From assembly GCA_965213865.1 (NCBI GenBank), contig OZ243928.1, positions 2,353,221-2,417,220 of the forward strand: a DNA stretch of 64,000 nt, read 5' to 3'. Of the stretch, positions 9,775-19,524 are shown one piece after another. The notes beneath the pieces are model-generated. The model had not been told where the DNA came from. It saw nothing but the letters and a program-made list of their open reading frames with translations, and searched no databases. The DNA comes from Arenicellales bacterium. GTDB lineage: Bacteria > Pseudomonadota > Gammaproteobacteria > Arenicellales > JAJDZL01. The number at the start of each line of letters is the position of its first letter. The stretch's first letter is position 1. Made by a program: the position numbers and the translations under genes.

Positions 9775-11211
9775 TTAAGCAATGCGAGATTCATCATCCA
9801 AAATGGGTATTGCATAATTCGCGAAATCCAAAAAGAAATTCACGTAATATGTGAGTAATTCCCCCTCTTGGGCGACAGTTTCTTCGAGAAGCTCTTTCAA
9901 AAATCTTTCCCAATTCCATTTCTCTTCATCGACATATTTCCAAGCTGGGTGCCATCCATTTTGCCGTCTTTTGATACGCCGTGCAATGTTATCGAATCGA
10001 ATTTTATCGTTCTCGCTTAGATAGTCTTTTTTCAAAGGAGAGCGAACTGAGACATACCACATATACGGTCTGTATTTTCGGTCGTTTTCGGACTGAATGC
10101 AAAATCGACCTTCTGTACTGCTATGCTGATCAGTTGCACCTGCCTCGCATTGAGACCATTCTTCACTGTACAGGCGCAAGTAAATCCATCCGTCGTCCTT
10201 TAGCCCAAATCTCTTTACAATCTTGATGCTTTCTTTATCACTGAATCGGGCCTGTATGGTTTCAGCGAATAGTGAAAAGTAATCTTCCGAAATCTGATTG
10301 ACAATATCAGGCCAAGCCTGATTGACTTTGCGAGCAGTTGTTAAGAATTCTGGATTCTCAAGCAGAAATGATTGCACGATATTTGCCTCCAAATCTTTCT
10401 GTGAATTCTGATTTCCTAAGGTGTCTATGCAGAAATGCATTGCGTCACTCAAAAACCACCTGAGCTTGTCAACTTCGCATTTCTCTTTGCATATCTCAAG
10501 CCAGGCAGTCAGTTCTTTGACATTTTGAGATTCTTCATCTTGATGCGCTTCAGAAGATAGCTCTATTTCGGCATTTTGAGATTCACCGTCATATTTGCCT
10601 GCTTTGGCATAAGCCACGACCTCAAACTTCTTCTCCCATTTGCCTCGCTCATCTGCTGGATAACTCAGCATCGATGGATCTTGACCGTTGGATGACAAGT
10701 AGATCAGCAAAAAATCACTGCTTTTTGCAGACAAGTAATTCAAATAATCAATGACCTGTCTATCTTGATCTTCAGCGTATGGCTTGTTTTCAATGGCAAG
10801 AACAAAAAGCTTTTCACCTTCGTCGATTTGAACGCAAATATCAATTCGACGTCCATCAGATGTCATATGCTCTGTTTCGACTCTTACCGTATGCCTGACT
10901 ATATGATTCCAATTTTTTTCCTCCTCTATGAATTCCAAAAATTGCCTCAGAAAAAAAGTTTTTTGTCCATGACTTTCTGAAGGATCTGGTAAAAATGCAA
11001 TGATCTTTGAGAGACGTTTTTCCGGAAGCCTTTCTTGACCGTAACGCAAGAAATCAGAGATGTTAAACCTGTTTGCAAGTCTTCGATTCAGTTCACTATC
11101 GAGCAGCGATGAGTATTTGAGACTGGAGGAGATCTGAGCGAAAAAGAGGTTTTCAATGTTATGAATTGATTTTTTTGGAGCCAATCTATTTGCCCCCGAT
11201 CTCTGGTTCAT
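9775..11211 (-). CDS. PD-(D/E)XK nuclease family protein (PDDEXK_4-like)
   Basis: 478 aa. RRIDICVQIDEGEKLFVLAIENKPYAEDQDRQVIDYLNYL matches the D...E-x-K core plus the following QL..Y helix of this family. The long C-terminal extension is of unknown function. Confidence 0.7.
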   Translation of the reverse strand: MNQRSGANRLAPKKSIHNIENLFFAQISSSLKYSSLLDSELNRRLANRFNISDFLRYGQERLPEKRLSKIIAFLPDPSESHGQKTFFLRQFLEFIEEEKNWNHIVRHTVRVETEHMTSDGRRIDICVQIDEGEKLFVLAIENKPYAEDQDRQVIDYLNYLSAKSSDFLLIYLSSNGQDPSMLSYPADERGKWEKKFEVVAYAKAGKYDGESQNAEIELSSEAHQDEESQNVKELTAWLEICKEKCEVDKLRWFLSDAMHFCIDTLGNQNSQKDLEANIVQSFLLENPEFLTTARKVNQAWPDIVNQISEDYFSLFAETIQARFSDKESIKIVKRFGLKDDGWIYLRLYSEEWSQCEAGATDQHSSTEGRFCIQSENDRKYRPYMWYVSVRSPLKKDYLSENDKIRFDNIARRIKRRQNGWHPAWKYVDEEKWNWERFLKELLEETVAQEGELLTYYVNFFLDFANYAIPILDDESRIA

Positions 11212-11316
11212 TTGAATCTGCTTGGTTTATCCCGCCTGTGATTGATAAGTTGCTTGAATTGCAGGTTAGTCATGACTTTGTAAACAGCCGCTGTCGCAGC
11301 TTGCTGAAACTGAATC

Positions 11317-12057
11317 TCAACAGGCTACGACGACATGAGAGAACTCTTCGATCGTCATCACATTCACTTTTTCTTCTGTCAGCTTCCGCACATCATCGAC
11401 TTTGAAATCAAGCTGCAGCCGAAACTCAAATTTTGACAAGAATTCCTCATACAACTCGCCTCCAGTCGTTCCCAGCGCATAGAATGAACCGTTTTCTTTG
11501 TCATGCTCAATGAAAATGGAGGTCAGCGGCTGCGGCGCTGGCCCCCCTAAAACTTCAGCGCCTTTGATCGGATCATACACACTGCGCTCCGAGCAGCAGT
11601 AAATGATCTTGTCTCGTTCCTGACGCTTGAAATCTTTGTCGTAAAAAGTCACTGTCTCATGTCGGTAATTCAGGAAACTGGCTGATTTCGCCGGATACGT
11701 CATCTGATGAGCGCATATCGCCGAATAGGCGACAATCGATTGTGCCGGCCCGCTTCCGCCTGGCCAGGTGTAATGCTCGCCATGCTTGGTCATAAGTAGA
11801 TTGGATTTCTCAACCGATTCACCGAGATTGAAAATCAGACAGGGTGTCGTCACATAGGGATAGTGAAAAATATAAGCCTGTCCAGGTGTAAAGCGATCGG
11901 AGCTCATGGGTTTGCCATCACGCTCGAGCAGTACGCGTCGATAAGCTTTTTCTGGAACTGAAGGCATTGCAGAATGTGCAGCGCTTGTGGACATCAGCAT
12001 CGCTGCATAGCCAGCACAGACACCAAGGAACTTTCGTCTATTGACTTGCTCGGTCAT
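11317..12057 (-). CDS. Tat-exported Rieske-fold protein with a degenerate second ligand box
   Basis: Twin-arginine signal NRRKFLGV. Box 1 is CAH. Where the canonical CPCHGS..FD..G.v..GPAP is expected, the sequence is CCSERSVYDPIKGAEVLGGPAPQPL. Confidence 0.5.
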   Translation of the reverse strand: MTEQVNRRKFLGVCAGYAAMLMSTSAAHSAMPSVPEKAYRRVLLERDGKPMSSDRFTPGQAYIFHYPYVTTPCLIFNLGESVEKSNLLMTKHGEHYTWPGGSGPAQSIVAYSAICAHQMTYPAKSASFLNYRHETVTFYDKDFKRQERDKIIYCCSERSVYDPIKGAEVLGGPAPQPLTSIFIEHDKENGSFYALGTTGGELYEEFLSKFEFRLQLDFKVDDVRKLTEEKVNVMTIEEFSHVVVAC

Positions 12058-12084
12058 CAGTAGGACGTGAAATAATTGGAAAAA

Positions 12085-12906
12085 TCAGTCAAGCAGCTTG
12101 ACGACCGCAGTGTGTCCGCTTAATCGGGCACGGTCAGCGGCGCTGTAGCCAAAACGATCTTTGATGTCGGTTGAGGCGCCGTGCTCAATGAGCAGAGAGA
12201 CGATTCGGGGGTAGCCTTCAGCTGCGGCATGGTGCAATGCAGTTGCGCCATTTTCATCGTCCGCATCAAGCTCGCAGCGATCGCTTTCGACAAAGGCTTT
12301 CACCGACTCGAAATGTCCTGAGTGGGAACTGCGCATCAAAGCAGTCCAGCGATATGCATCACGTTTATTGACATCAGCTCCATAGTCGATCAGTGTCGCC
12401 ACAGCGTTTGAATGGCCTTTGACAGCGGCGATCATCAGCGCTGTCCAGCCAAGTTTGGCAACCGCATTCACATCGGCGCCTTGATCTAAAAGCAAAGCCA
12501 TAGTTTGCGCATCACCGCGGATGGCAGCATACATCAATGGCGTCCCGCCATTGTTGTTGGTGGAATTGATATCTGCACCGGCGCCCACGAGATGCTCGAC
12601 AAGGTCTGAGCGGCCGAATTTGGCCGCGATCATCAGCGCAGTACGCCCGTCACTGAGTCGCAAATCCACATCATTGATTTTCTCAAGCAGACCCATCAAG
12701 GCGGGGAAATCAGCCGCCTTGAGCGCCTTGAGATAATAGGCTTCTCGATCAATATCCGCGTGTACATTGGCCGCTGCTGTCAGACTGGCAAGTCCGCAGC
12801 TTAGAGCCATGCACAGACCAAGGCATCGCAGCCAGGCAGAGGAGAGCATTTGCGCGAATGTTTTTTGCTTCATTGACCTAGATCTTTTCGCATCAGCACG
12901 GATCAA
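12085..12906 (-). CDS. Secreted ankyrin-repeat protein
   Basis: Signal-like N-terminus followed by repeated G.TALM.AA..G....V..L...GAD.N units. Confidence 0.85.
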   Translation of the reverse strand: MIRADAKRSRSMKQKTFAQMLSSAWLRCLGLCMALSCGLASLTAAANVHADIDREAYYLKALKAADFPALMGLLEKINDVDLRLSDGRTALMIAAKFGRSDLVEHLVGAGADINSTNNNGGTPLMYAAIRGDAQTMALLLDQGADVNAVAKLGWTALMIAAVKGHSNAVATLIDYGADVNKRDAYRWTALMRSSHSGHFESVKAFVESDRCELDADDENGATALHHAAAEGYPRIVSLLIEHGASTDIKDRFGYSAADRARLSGHTAVVKLLD

Positions 12907-13469
12907 GCCGCCGATGCAGAATTTCGAAACTCATAGTGATCCAGCACATCTTTGATCGCAGCCTCTGCATCATACTTTCCAGTGATGCGAATCAAGGAAT
13001 CGTGCGCAGTGGCATTGTTCAGGGTTTCTTGAAATATAGCGTTTTGCGTTGCGTCGAGTATATTTTGCTGCTGATGAATAATCCAATAGGCGGCATCAGC
13101 AAAAAACCATCGCAACAGACGCTGAGAGCTTAAAAGTTTAAGCGTTTCAAAATGCGATTCAATCTGTCCTGGGGTCAATAATACCTCACCAACCAGTGGA
13201 TTGTCCTGCTCTGTGAAAACCTCCAAGCGAATCATCACCACCGCAGCGCTGACATGCTCAATTAAATCTGTCTCGACGGCGACGGGCAGTGAAGCCTCGC
13301 TGCGGGATAAAATTCTGCGATCAAGCTTGCTCTCTCCGCCGCCGACCTGAAAGAAAATCGCAGATTCCCAATCACCGGCATCGAATTGAACCGGCAGACA
13401 GGTGACGCTTGAGCCGGTGTATTCCATGCTCTTTCTGACTGTCTCGGGGAAACGTTTCATGCGGTACAA
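12903..13469 (-). CDS. Hypothetical protein, 4-nt overlap with the ankyrin gene
   Basis: 188-aa ORF in an operonic position. No recognisable motif, and the start is uncertain. Confidence 0.45.
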   Translation of the reverse strand: MYRMKRFPETVRKSMEYTGSSVTCLPVQFDAGDWESAIFFQVGGGESKLDRRILSRSEASLPVAVETDLIEHVSAAVVMIRLEVFTEQDNPLVGEVLLTPGQIESHFETLKLLSSQRLLRWFFADAAYWIIHQQQNILDATQNAIFQETLNNATAHDSLIRITGKYDAEAAIKDVLDHYEFRNSASAA

Positions 13470-13531
13470 AAAAATCGCATCTCAAGCCAAGGCAAGAGAT
13501 GCGATTTCCGATTGAATGTATGAACGTGCAG

Positions 13532-14620
13532 CTATGCTGTTCTTTCTGAGCCAATCGCCGCAGAACTCTTCTCGGCGCCGGCTTTCGTTACTTCGTCATA
13601 CCACAAGTCATGGTGCTGTTTTGCCCACTCCGCACTGACATGACCTTTGGTCATGCCATCAATTGAGCCTTGTGATCCAAGCGTGCCGATGTATGCATGA
13701 CCGAAAAAGATTGCAATCCAGAGCAAAGCTGCAACGGCATGCCACAAATGCATGGTCTGGGCAACAGCACGGGTCAGTTCCAGACCCATATAGGCTTGCA
13801 CCCAGCCGATTAATGCAAATCCGGTAAAGCACACTGCACCCAGTCCCAGAAAAATCACAATCCAAAACCAGACTTTCTCACCGCCATTGGCTTTGGCCGC
13901 ACTGGGATGCTTCTTGCCGAAAATACCGCCGCCTTGCGTGAACCAGACCAGATCAGTACGGTTTGGAATATTGTGCCTGACCCAGAGAATAAACATCAGC
14001 AGCGGACCGATCGCAAAGAAAGGACCGACATAATTGTGTGTATTGATCGCAAAATCGGCCCATGCGGAGAACCCTTCTGGACCTAAAAGCGGAATCAGGA
14101 CCGCTCGGCCAAACAGCAGGCTCAATCCCGTAATGCTCAATACAATAAACAGGATGGCCGTATACCAGTGAATGCTGCGCTCGACTGCGGTCCACCGCGG
14201 CACTCGCTCGCCAGACGCTGGCTCAGACAGTTTCACGCTGCCGCGGACTGCAAAGAACACAGCTAATGCGGCCAGCACGCCGATTAGAAACCAGCCGCCG
14301 TAAGTCGCAATCCAGCGATTGCGAATCTGGCGCCAGTCTTGGCCAGTGACGTTGTAGAGCATATTGGTTTCGGGATTGACGGCTGATCCAGGAACCGACG
14401 AGTATCCCTCGCCGCCGCCGCGAACAGCTCGCCAGAAATTCGAGCGGTTGTTGGTCTCGCCTGCGGATTGCTGGGCAAAGACCTGGGTCTGGCTGTCGGT
14501 AAACAGATAGCCAGTCATCGGCAGTGCCATCGCACAAAAAACAATGAAGAAAACACTCCAGGTCATGTAGCGCAGTCGCTTGTTCTTCGGCTTTTTGAAT
14601 TCTACATTCGACTTTGTCAT
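13532..14620 (-). CDS. Formate dehydrogenase gamma (cytochrome b) subunit with an extended N-terminus
   Basis: TM helices carrying conserved His residues (IHWYTAILFIVLSITGL; HLWHAVAAL). It lies downstream of the alpha and beta subunit genes. Confidence 0.85.
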   Translation of the reverse strand: MTKSNVEFKKPKNKRLRYMTWSVFFIVFCAMALPMTGYLFTDSQTQVFAQQSAGETNNRSNFWRAVRGGGEGYSSVPGSAVNPETNMLYNVTGQDWRQIRNRWIATYGGWFLIGVLAALAVFFAVRGSVKLSEPASGERVPRWTAVERSIHWYTAILFIVLSITGLSLLFGRAVLIPLLGPEGFSAWADFAINTHNYVGPFFAIGPLLMFILWVRHNIPNRTDLVWFTQGGGIFGKKHPSAAKANGGEKVWFWIVIFLGLGAVCFTGFALIGWVQAYMGLELTRAVAQTMHLWHAVAALLWIAIFFGHAYIGTLGSQGSIDGMTKGHVSAEWAKQHHDLWYDEVTKAGAEKSSAAIGSERTA

Positions 14621-14698
14621 TTAATCAAAACTCCCTAAATCAACCAGTCAAGCCAGTCGAAAAATTAGACGAAAAGACATGAATATGCGACCGCTTGG

Positions 14699-14893
14699 TT
14701 ATCGGTCGAACTGGCCTTCAAGGCGAGAACTGAGCACACCCCTTTGTGATCCTTTGCCGACCAGCTCGTCAGCCGGTCCCAAATAGATTCCAGGTTGTGC
14801 CAAGGTAACGCGCTGCGAGGTCTCTTCAAGGCAGCCGCTCAAGGTCAGCGAGGCAGCCAGCAGCGCAATTGCGGTCAATACTTTTATTTTCAT
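14699..14893 (-). CDS. Small lipoprotein
   Basis: 64 aa with a signal peptide and the lipobox LTLSGC. It sits between the fdh beta and gamma genes. Confidence 0.5.
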   Translation of the reverse strand: MKIKVLTAIALLAASLTLSGCLEETSQRVTLAQPGIYLGPADELVGKGSQRGVLSSRLEGQFDR

Positions 14894-14988
14894 GTTTACA
14901 GCTCCAAATCGGCTTCTATGTCCATCTGATAAAGGTTTCGGAGAAAGAGCAAGGGAGAGCTTGCGCTCTCCCTTGCTTTCGAATCACC

Positions 14989-15585
14989 TTATCCGGTCGG
15001 ATAAGCAACTTCCCATCCATACGTTTGCGGACGGGTTTTGCGCTGCAAAGTACGCTCCCGATAAATATCGGCAATCTGGTCACCGTCACCGGCGATGAGC
15101 GCTTTGGTCGCACACATCTCGGCACACAGCGGCAGTTTGCCTTCGGCAACACGGTTGCGGCCATACATGGCAAATTCTGCATCCGTATTGTCGTCTAATG
15201 GACCGCCGGCACAGAACGTGCACTTGTCCATCTTACCGCGAACACCAAACGCCTGCTGCTCTGGGAACTGCGGCGCCCCGAAGGGGCACGAGTAGAAGCA
15301 GTAGCCACAGCCAATGCACAGATCCTTGTCATGCAGCACGATGCCGTCATCAGTCGTGTAGAAACAGTCGACTGGGCAGACCGCTGCACAAGGCGCATCT
15401 GTACAATGCATGCAAGCGACCGAGATTGATTTCTCGCCGGGCTCGCCATCGCCGAGCACGACTACGCGCCGCCGATTGACTCCCCACGGGACCTCATTCT
15501 CGTTTTTACAGGCAGTAACACAAGCGTTACACTCAATACACCTTTCGGCGTCACACAAAAATTTCATTCGTGCCATTTTTGCCAC
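14989..15585 (-). CDS. Formate dehydrogenase iron-sulfur (beta) subunit
   Basis: Multiple CxxCxxCxxxC ferredoxin motifs (CIECNACVTAC, CIGCGYCFYSC). It lies directly after the alpha subunit gene. Confidence 0.9.
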   Translation of the reverse strand: MAKMARMKFLCDAERCIECNACVTACKNENEVPWGVNRRRVVVLGDGEPGEKSISVACMHCTDAPCAAVCPVDCFYTTDDGIVLHDKDLCIGCGYCFYSCPFGAPQFPEQQAFGVRGKMDKCTFCAGGPLDDNTDAEFAMYGRNRVAEGKLPLCAEMCATKALIAGDGDQIADIYRERTLQRKTRPQTYGWEVAYPTG

Positions 15586-15591
15586 CTCCTG

Positions 15592-18474
15592 CTAAGTGCT
15601 GAGTTTGCAGAGAGTCACTTTCGTCTCCTGCATTTGGGTTACTGAGTCATACCCGTATGTGAATGCTGTATTACAGGCTTCACCTCGGACGTAGGGTGCG
15701 GTCCCTTCAGGATACTTGTCATGCAGATCCTTGCCTTGGAACCAGCCGCCGAAATGGAACGGTGTAAACAGCACACCCGGTGCAACACGCTTCGTGACCA
15801 TCGCCTTGACGTAGATTTTGGCGCCTTCCGGCGTCATGATCCACACCATCTGATCATCGCGGATACTATGGTCGTTGGCATCTTTTGGATTGATCTCAAC
15901 GAACATATCCTGCTGCAGCTCAGCCAGCCACGGATTTGAGCGCTGCTCCTCGCCGCCGCCTTCGTATTCCACAAGACGTCCGCTGGTAAGAATCAGCGGA
16001 TACTCGCCGGAATAGTCAACCGCCTGAATCGAGCCATAGCGCGTCGGCAAGCGATAAAAGCGCTTGCGGTCGGCGTAGGTTGGATATTTGGCAGCCATCT
16101 CGCGGTCTGGCGTGTAGAGCGGCTCGCGATGCAGCGGCACCGGATCCGGGAATGTCCAGACGACCGATCTGGCCTTGGCGTTTCCAAACGGCGCGCAGCC
16201 ATGGGCGATCGCGACACGCTGGATTCCGCCGGACAGGTCCGTCTTCCAGTTCTTGCCTTCAGCAGCGGCTTGCTCCTCTGCAGTCAAATCTCCCCACCAG
16301 CCCAGCTGCTTGAGCGTTTTGTCAGAGAATTCAGGATAGCCATCCCGAATTTCCGAACCGACTGGGTAGGAATTTTCAGCCAGCAGATTGACGCCATCGC
16401 GCTCCGTCCCGAAACGGGCACGGAAACACAAGCCGCCCTCGGCCACCGGCAATTCGGTGTTGTAAAGAACCGGCGTCCCCGGATGGTTCATTTCCGGATT
16501 GCCCCAGCACGGCCACGGCATACCATAATAGTCACCATCTGCAGGACCGCCTTCGGCCTTCAGAGTAGTGGTATTGAAAGTACGCTTGTTCGCCATATGC
16601 ATCTTGAGGCGCTCAGGACTTTGGCCGGTATACCCGATAGTCCACATGCCGCGGTTGATTTCGCGCGTGACATCCTCAACCAAAGGCTCATCGCCGCTGA
16701 CCTGGATATTCTTGGTAAACTCATCAGCGAAACCCAGTTTCTTTGCGAATTTATACAAGATAGTATGGTCAGGCAATGATTCCCACACAGGATCGACGAC
16801 TTTATCGCGCCACTGAATTGAGCGGTTTGATGCGGTGACAGATCCATACGTCTCGAACTGCGTCGACGCCGGCAGCAGGTAAATGCCATCGGTGCGATCG
16901 TTCATCACGGCTGCATGGGTGGGATAGGGATCGACAATGACCATCAGATCAAGCTTCTCCATCGCCGCCTTCATCTCGGGGCCGCGAGTCTGGCTGTTCA
17001 CGGCATGACCCATGTAGATCATGGCGCGCACATTGTCTCGCTGGCCGATGTTGTCCTTGTCCTCAAGAATGCCATCAATCCAGCGGGATACCGGAATGCC
17101 GCGGTAGTTCATCGGCTGTGTGGGCTTGCCGTTGTCGCCTTCGACCTCAGCTGCGTCAAATCGACCCTGGACCCATTCATAATCAAGGTCCCAGACTCTT
17201 GACCAATGCTTCCACGCGCCGCTTGACAGCCCGTAGTAGCCTGGCAGGGTATGCGACAGCACCCCTAAGTCGGTCGCCCCTTGGACATTGTCATGCCCGC
17301 GGAAAATATTGGCGCCGCCGCCGGATTTGCCGATATTGCCCAGAGCCAGCTGCAGTACGCAGTATGCGCGCGTATTGTTGTTGCCGGTTGTATGCTGCGT
17401 TCCGCCCATGCACCACACGATGGTGCCCGGACGATTCTCATGCATGATCTCGGCCGCTCCGCGCACAACTTCCGGCGGTGTTCCGGTGACACGCTCAACT
17501 TCCTCCGGGGTCCATTTGGCGACTTCCTGGCGAATCTCGTCCATACCGTAAACGCGCTGATTGATGTAGGTTTTATCTTCCCAGCCGTTTTCGAAAATAT
17601 GCCACAGCACACCCCAGATCAATGGAACATCGGTTCCGGGTCGGAAGCGGACAAAATGGTCCGCATGCGCGGCAGTTCGGGTATAGCGCGGATCGCAGAC
17701 AATCATCTTGGATCCCAGCTCCTTCGCACGCAGGATATGCTGCATCGCCACCGGATGGGCTTCAGCGGCATTGGAGCCGATGAAGAACATCGCTTTGGAA
17801 TTGTGCATATCGTTGTACGAGTTTGTCATCGCACCATAGCCCCAGGTATTGGCAACACCCGCAACGGTAGTTGAATGACAGATACGCGCTTGGTGGTCGA
17901 CGTTGTTCGTCCCCCACATCGCTGCGAACTTGCGGAACAGGTAGGCCTGCTCGTTGTTATGCTTGGCGGAACCCAGCCAGTAGACGGAATCCGGACCTGA
18001 CTGCTCGCGGATCGCCAGCAGCTGATCGCCGATCTCATCGACCGCTTCGCCCCAGCTCAGGCGTTTCCACTTGCCGCCGACCAGTTTCATCGGGTAGCGC
18101 AAGCGCTTGCCGCCCATGCCGTGCTCTCTGACGGTTGCCCCTTTAGAGCAATGCCCCCCGAGATTAAACGGAGAGTCGAAGTCAGGCTCTTGCCCTGTCC
18201 ATACTCCGTTTTGCACTTCGGCGACCACTCCGCAACCCACCGAGCAGTGAGTGCACACGCTCTTGCGGATCTCCGTTGCCACACCTTCCATTGGCGAGAA
18301 GCCAGGCGAGGCTGCCTGTGCTTTCTTCATCAACTGCGGCGCAAACATTGTAGCTGCGGCACCAGCGCCTAAGGCAATGCCCGAACGCTTTAGAAACGTT
18401 CGGCGATTGATAGCCTCACCGGCAGAGCTCAAGCCCGGCACGATGCCGCTATCGGTGCTTCTTACTAGTTTCAT
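15592..18474 (-). CDS. Formate dehydrogenase alpha subunit (Mo/W-bis-MGD), Tat-exported, cysteine type
   Basis: 960 aa. Tat signal RRTFLKRSG, N-terminal CTHCSVGCG cluster, and QARICHSTTVAG where Sec enzymes carry U. The ORF is uninterrupted. Confidence 0.95.
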   Translation of the reverse strand: MKLVRSTDSGIVPGLSSAGEAINRRTFLKRSGIALGAGAAATMFAPQLMKKAQAASPGFSPMEGVATEIRKSVCTHCSVGCGVVAEVQNGVWTGQEPDFDSPFNLGGHCSKGATVREHGMGGKRLRYPMKLVGGKWKRLSWGEAVDEIGDQLLAIREQSGPDSVYWLGSAKHNNEQAYLFRKFAAMWGTNNVDHQARICHSTTVAGVANTWGYGAMTNSYNDMHNSKAMFFIGSNAAEAHPVAMQHILRAKELGSKMIVCDPRYTRTAAHADHFVRFRPGTDVPLIWGVLWHIFENGWEDKTYINQRVYGMDEIRQEVAKWTPEEVERVTGTPPEVVRGAAEIMHENRPGTIVWCMGGTQHTTGNNNTRAYCVLQLALGNIGKSGGGANIFRGHDNVQGATDLGVLSHTLPGYYGLSSGAWKHWSRVWDLDYEWVQGRFDAAEVEGDNGKPTQPMNYRGIPVSRWIDGILEDKDNIGQRDNVRAMIYMGHAVNSQTRGPEMKAAMEKLDLMVIVDPYPTHAAVMNDRTDGIYLLPASTQFETYGSVTASNRSIQWRDKVVDPVWESLPDHTILYKFAKKLGFADEFTKNIQVSGDEPLVEDVTREINRGMWTIGYTGQSPERLKMHMANKRTFNTTTLKAEGGPADGDYYGMPWPCWGNPEMNHPGTPVLYNTELPVAEGGLCFRARFGTERDGVNLLAENSYPVGSEIRDGYPEFSDKTLKQLGWWGDLTAEEQAAAEGKNWKTDLSGGIQRVAIAHGCAPFGNAKARSVVWTFPDPVPLHREPLYTPDREMAAKYPTYADRKRFYRLPTRYGSIQAVDYSGEYPLILTSGRLVEYEGGGEEQRSNPWLAELQQDMFVEINPKDANDHSIRDDQMVWIMTPEGAKIYVKAMVTKRVAPGVLFTPFHFGGWFQGKDLHDKYPEGTAPYVRGEACNTAFTYGYDSVTQMQETKVTLCKLST

Positions 18475-18492
18475 ACTAAGCCTCCGAAGTTG

Positions 18493-18702
18493 TTAGAAAC
18501 GAGCCAGTCGGTAATATTCCCGAACATGCTCTGTTTCACGATAGCCGAGTTTCTGCGGTGAAACGCTTGGCTTCTCTTCGGCGCTGATGTCCGCCGCCGA
18601 CCCAACGGCCGAGCCGGACATCACAGCAGCGCCGCTAAGCACTGCCATGCCCTTGAGAGCGTTTCGCCGGGAAATCCGGTCGACTGAATGGCTATGTTTC
18701 AT
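18493..18702 (-). CDS. Small twin-arginine protein of the 'formate dehydrogenase region TAT target' type
   Basis: 69 aa with SRRNALKGMAVLSGAAV. It lies immediately upstream of the alpha subunit gene. Confidence 0.7.
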   Translation of the reverse strand: MKHSHSVDRISRRNALKGMAVLSGAAVMSGSAVGSAADISAEEKPSVSPQKLGYRETEHVREYYRLARF

Positions 18703-18762
18703 AGCTACTCTCCTCTGTGTATGTTAAATAATGACGTCTACATACATACCGCAATCGCCGAT

Positions 18763-19389
18763 TCACACCGGCATCTCGAGGTATTCGGTTTCGAAGTCGA
18801 TGAATTCGACGCCAAATTCACCCACTTCACGATAAAAATCTGCTTTTTTGGCGGCCGCCACATCCTTGAGGAATTTTCTGATCCAAGGCTTCAGGTGACG
18901 GCTGAAGAATGTCTGCTGCGCCTTGAACTGGAATTGGTCGCCTGCCTCAATCAAGATGCCCATTACGTCGAACAGCGCAGCAGCATGATCCTCAGGCTCG
19001 CGATGGAACTCCTCGCGCTCAATGCCCAAGGCCTTGAGGTCTTGGCGAACACTGCTCAAAGGCTTGTCCATCATCAGTCCGGTGATGTACCAGGAACTGT
19101 ACGGGACCACCTCGCCGCGCCCGAGCCCTACAAAGAGATCATGATACTCGTCATCCAGCGACTCAAGATCGCAGTCTTGCGCACAGGCGGAGGCAAGCGC
19201 ATTGAGGGATTTCAGAAAAGGGCTGTCAGCGCTGCTTTGCGGCGCACCGAAAGATGCAACGCCAGCCAGCGTATCGGCAGCAGGGGGCTGCGACAGCAGC
19301 TTGGACAGCATAAAATAGTATGCTGCCCGAAATTGATCCTCTTGAGAAACAGTTCGGATCGGTTCCAAATTATTCATTACTCCTCGCAT
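18763..19389 (-). CDS. TorD/DmsD-family redox-enzyme maturation chaperone
   Basis: 208 aa, helical, acidic. The position and length are typical of a REMP in fdh loci. Confidence 0.7.
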   Translation of the reverse strand: MRGVMNNLEPIRTVSQEDQFRAAYYFMLSKLLSQPPAADTLAGVASFGAPQSSADSPFLKSLNALASACAQDCDLESLDDEYHDLFVGLGRGEVVPYSSWYITGLMMDKPLSSVRQDLKALGIEREEFHREPEDHAAALFDVMGILIEAGDQFQFKAQQTFFSRHLKPWIRKFLKDVAAAKKADFYREVGEFGVEFIDFETEYLEMPV

Positions 19390-19524
19390 TTTAGACTGAG
19401 CATCCTTAGTGATTCTGTTGGCGGAAACATTCAGTCGTATTGCGAGACGTGATAATAAACTAATTTTTTTGCAAAGTCAAAAATAATTTCGCAATCTTTT
19501 CAAACGCTCGTCATTGCGTGGAAG

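Noticed and set aside
15592-18474. Selenocysteine recoding in the formate dehydrogenase alpha subunit
   Set aside because: The 960-codon ORF is uninterrupted, and the position that holds U in Sec enzymes is a Cys codon (ARICHSTT). No in-frame TGA or SECIS is needed.
15095-18496. Numerous 60-200-aa ORFs antisense to or overlapping fdh genes (similar ones occur over lpxK, kdsB, uvrC, the IS and others)
   Set aside because: They are Arg/Ala/Pro-rich shadow frames of GC-rich coding sequence. They have no motifs, and they overlap strongly supported genes.
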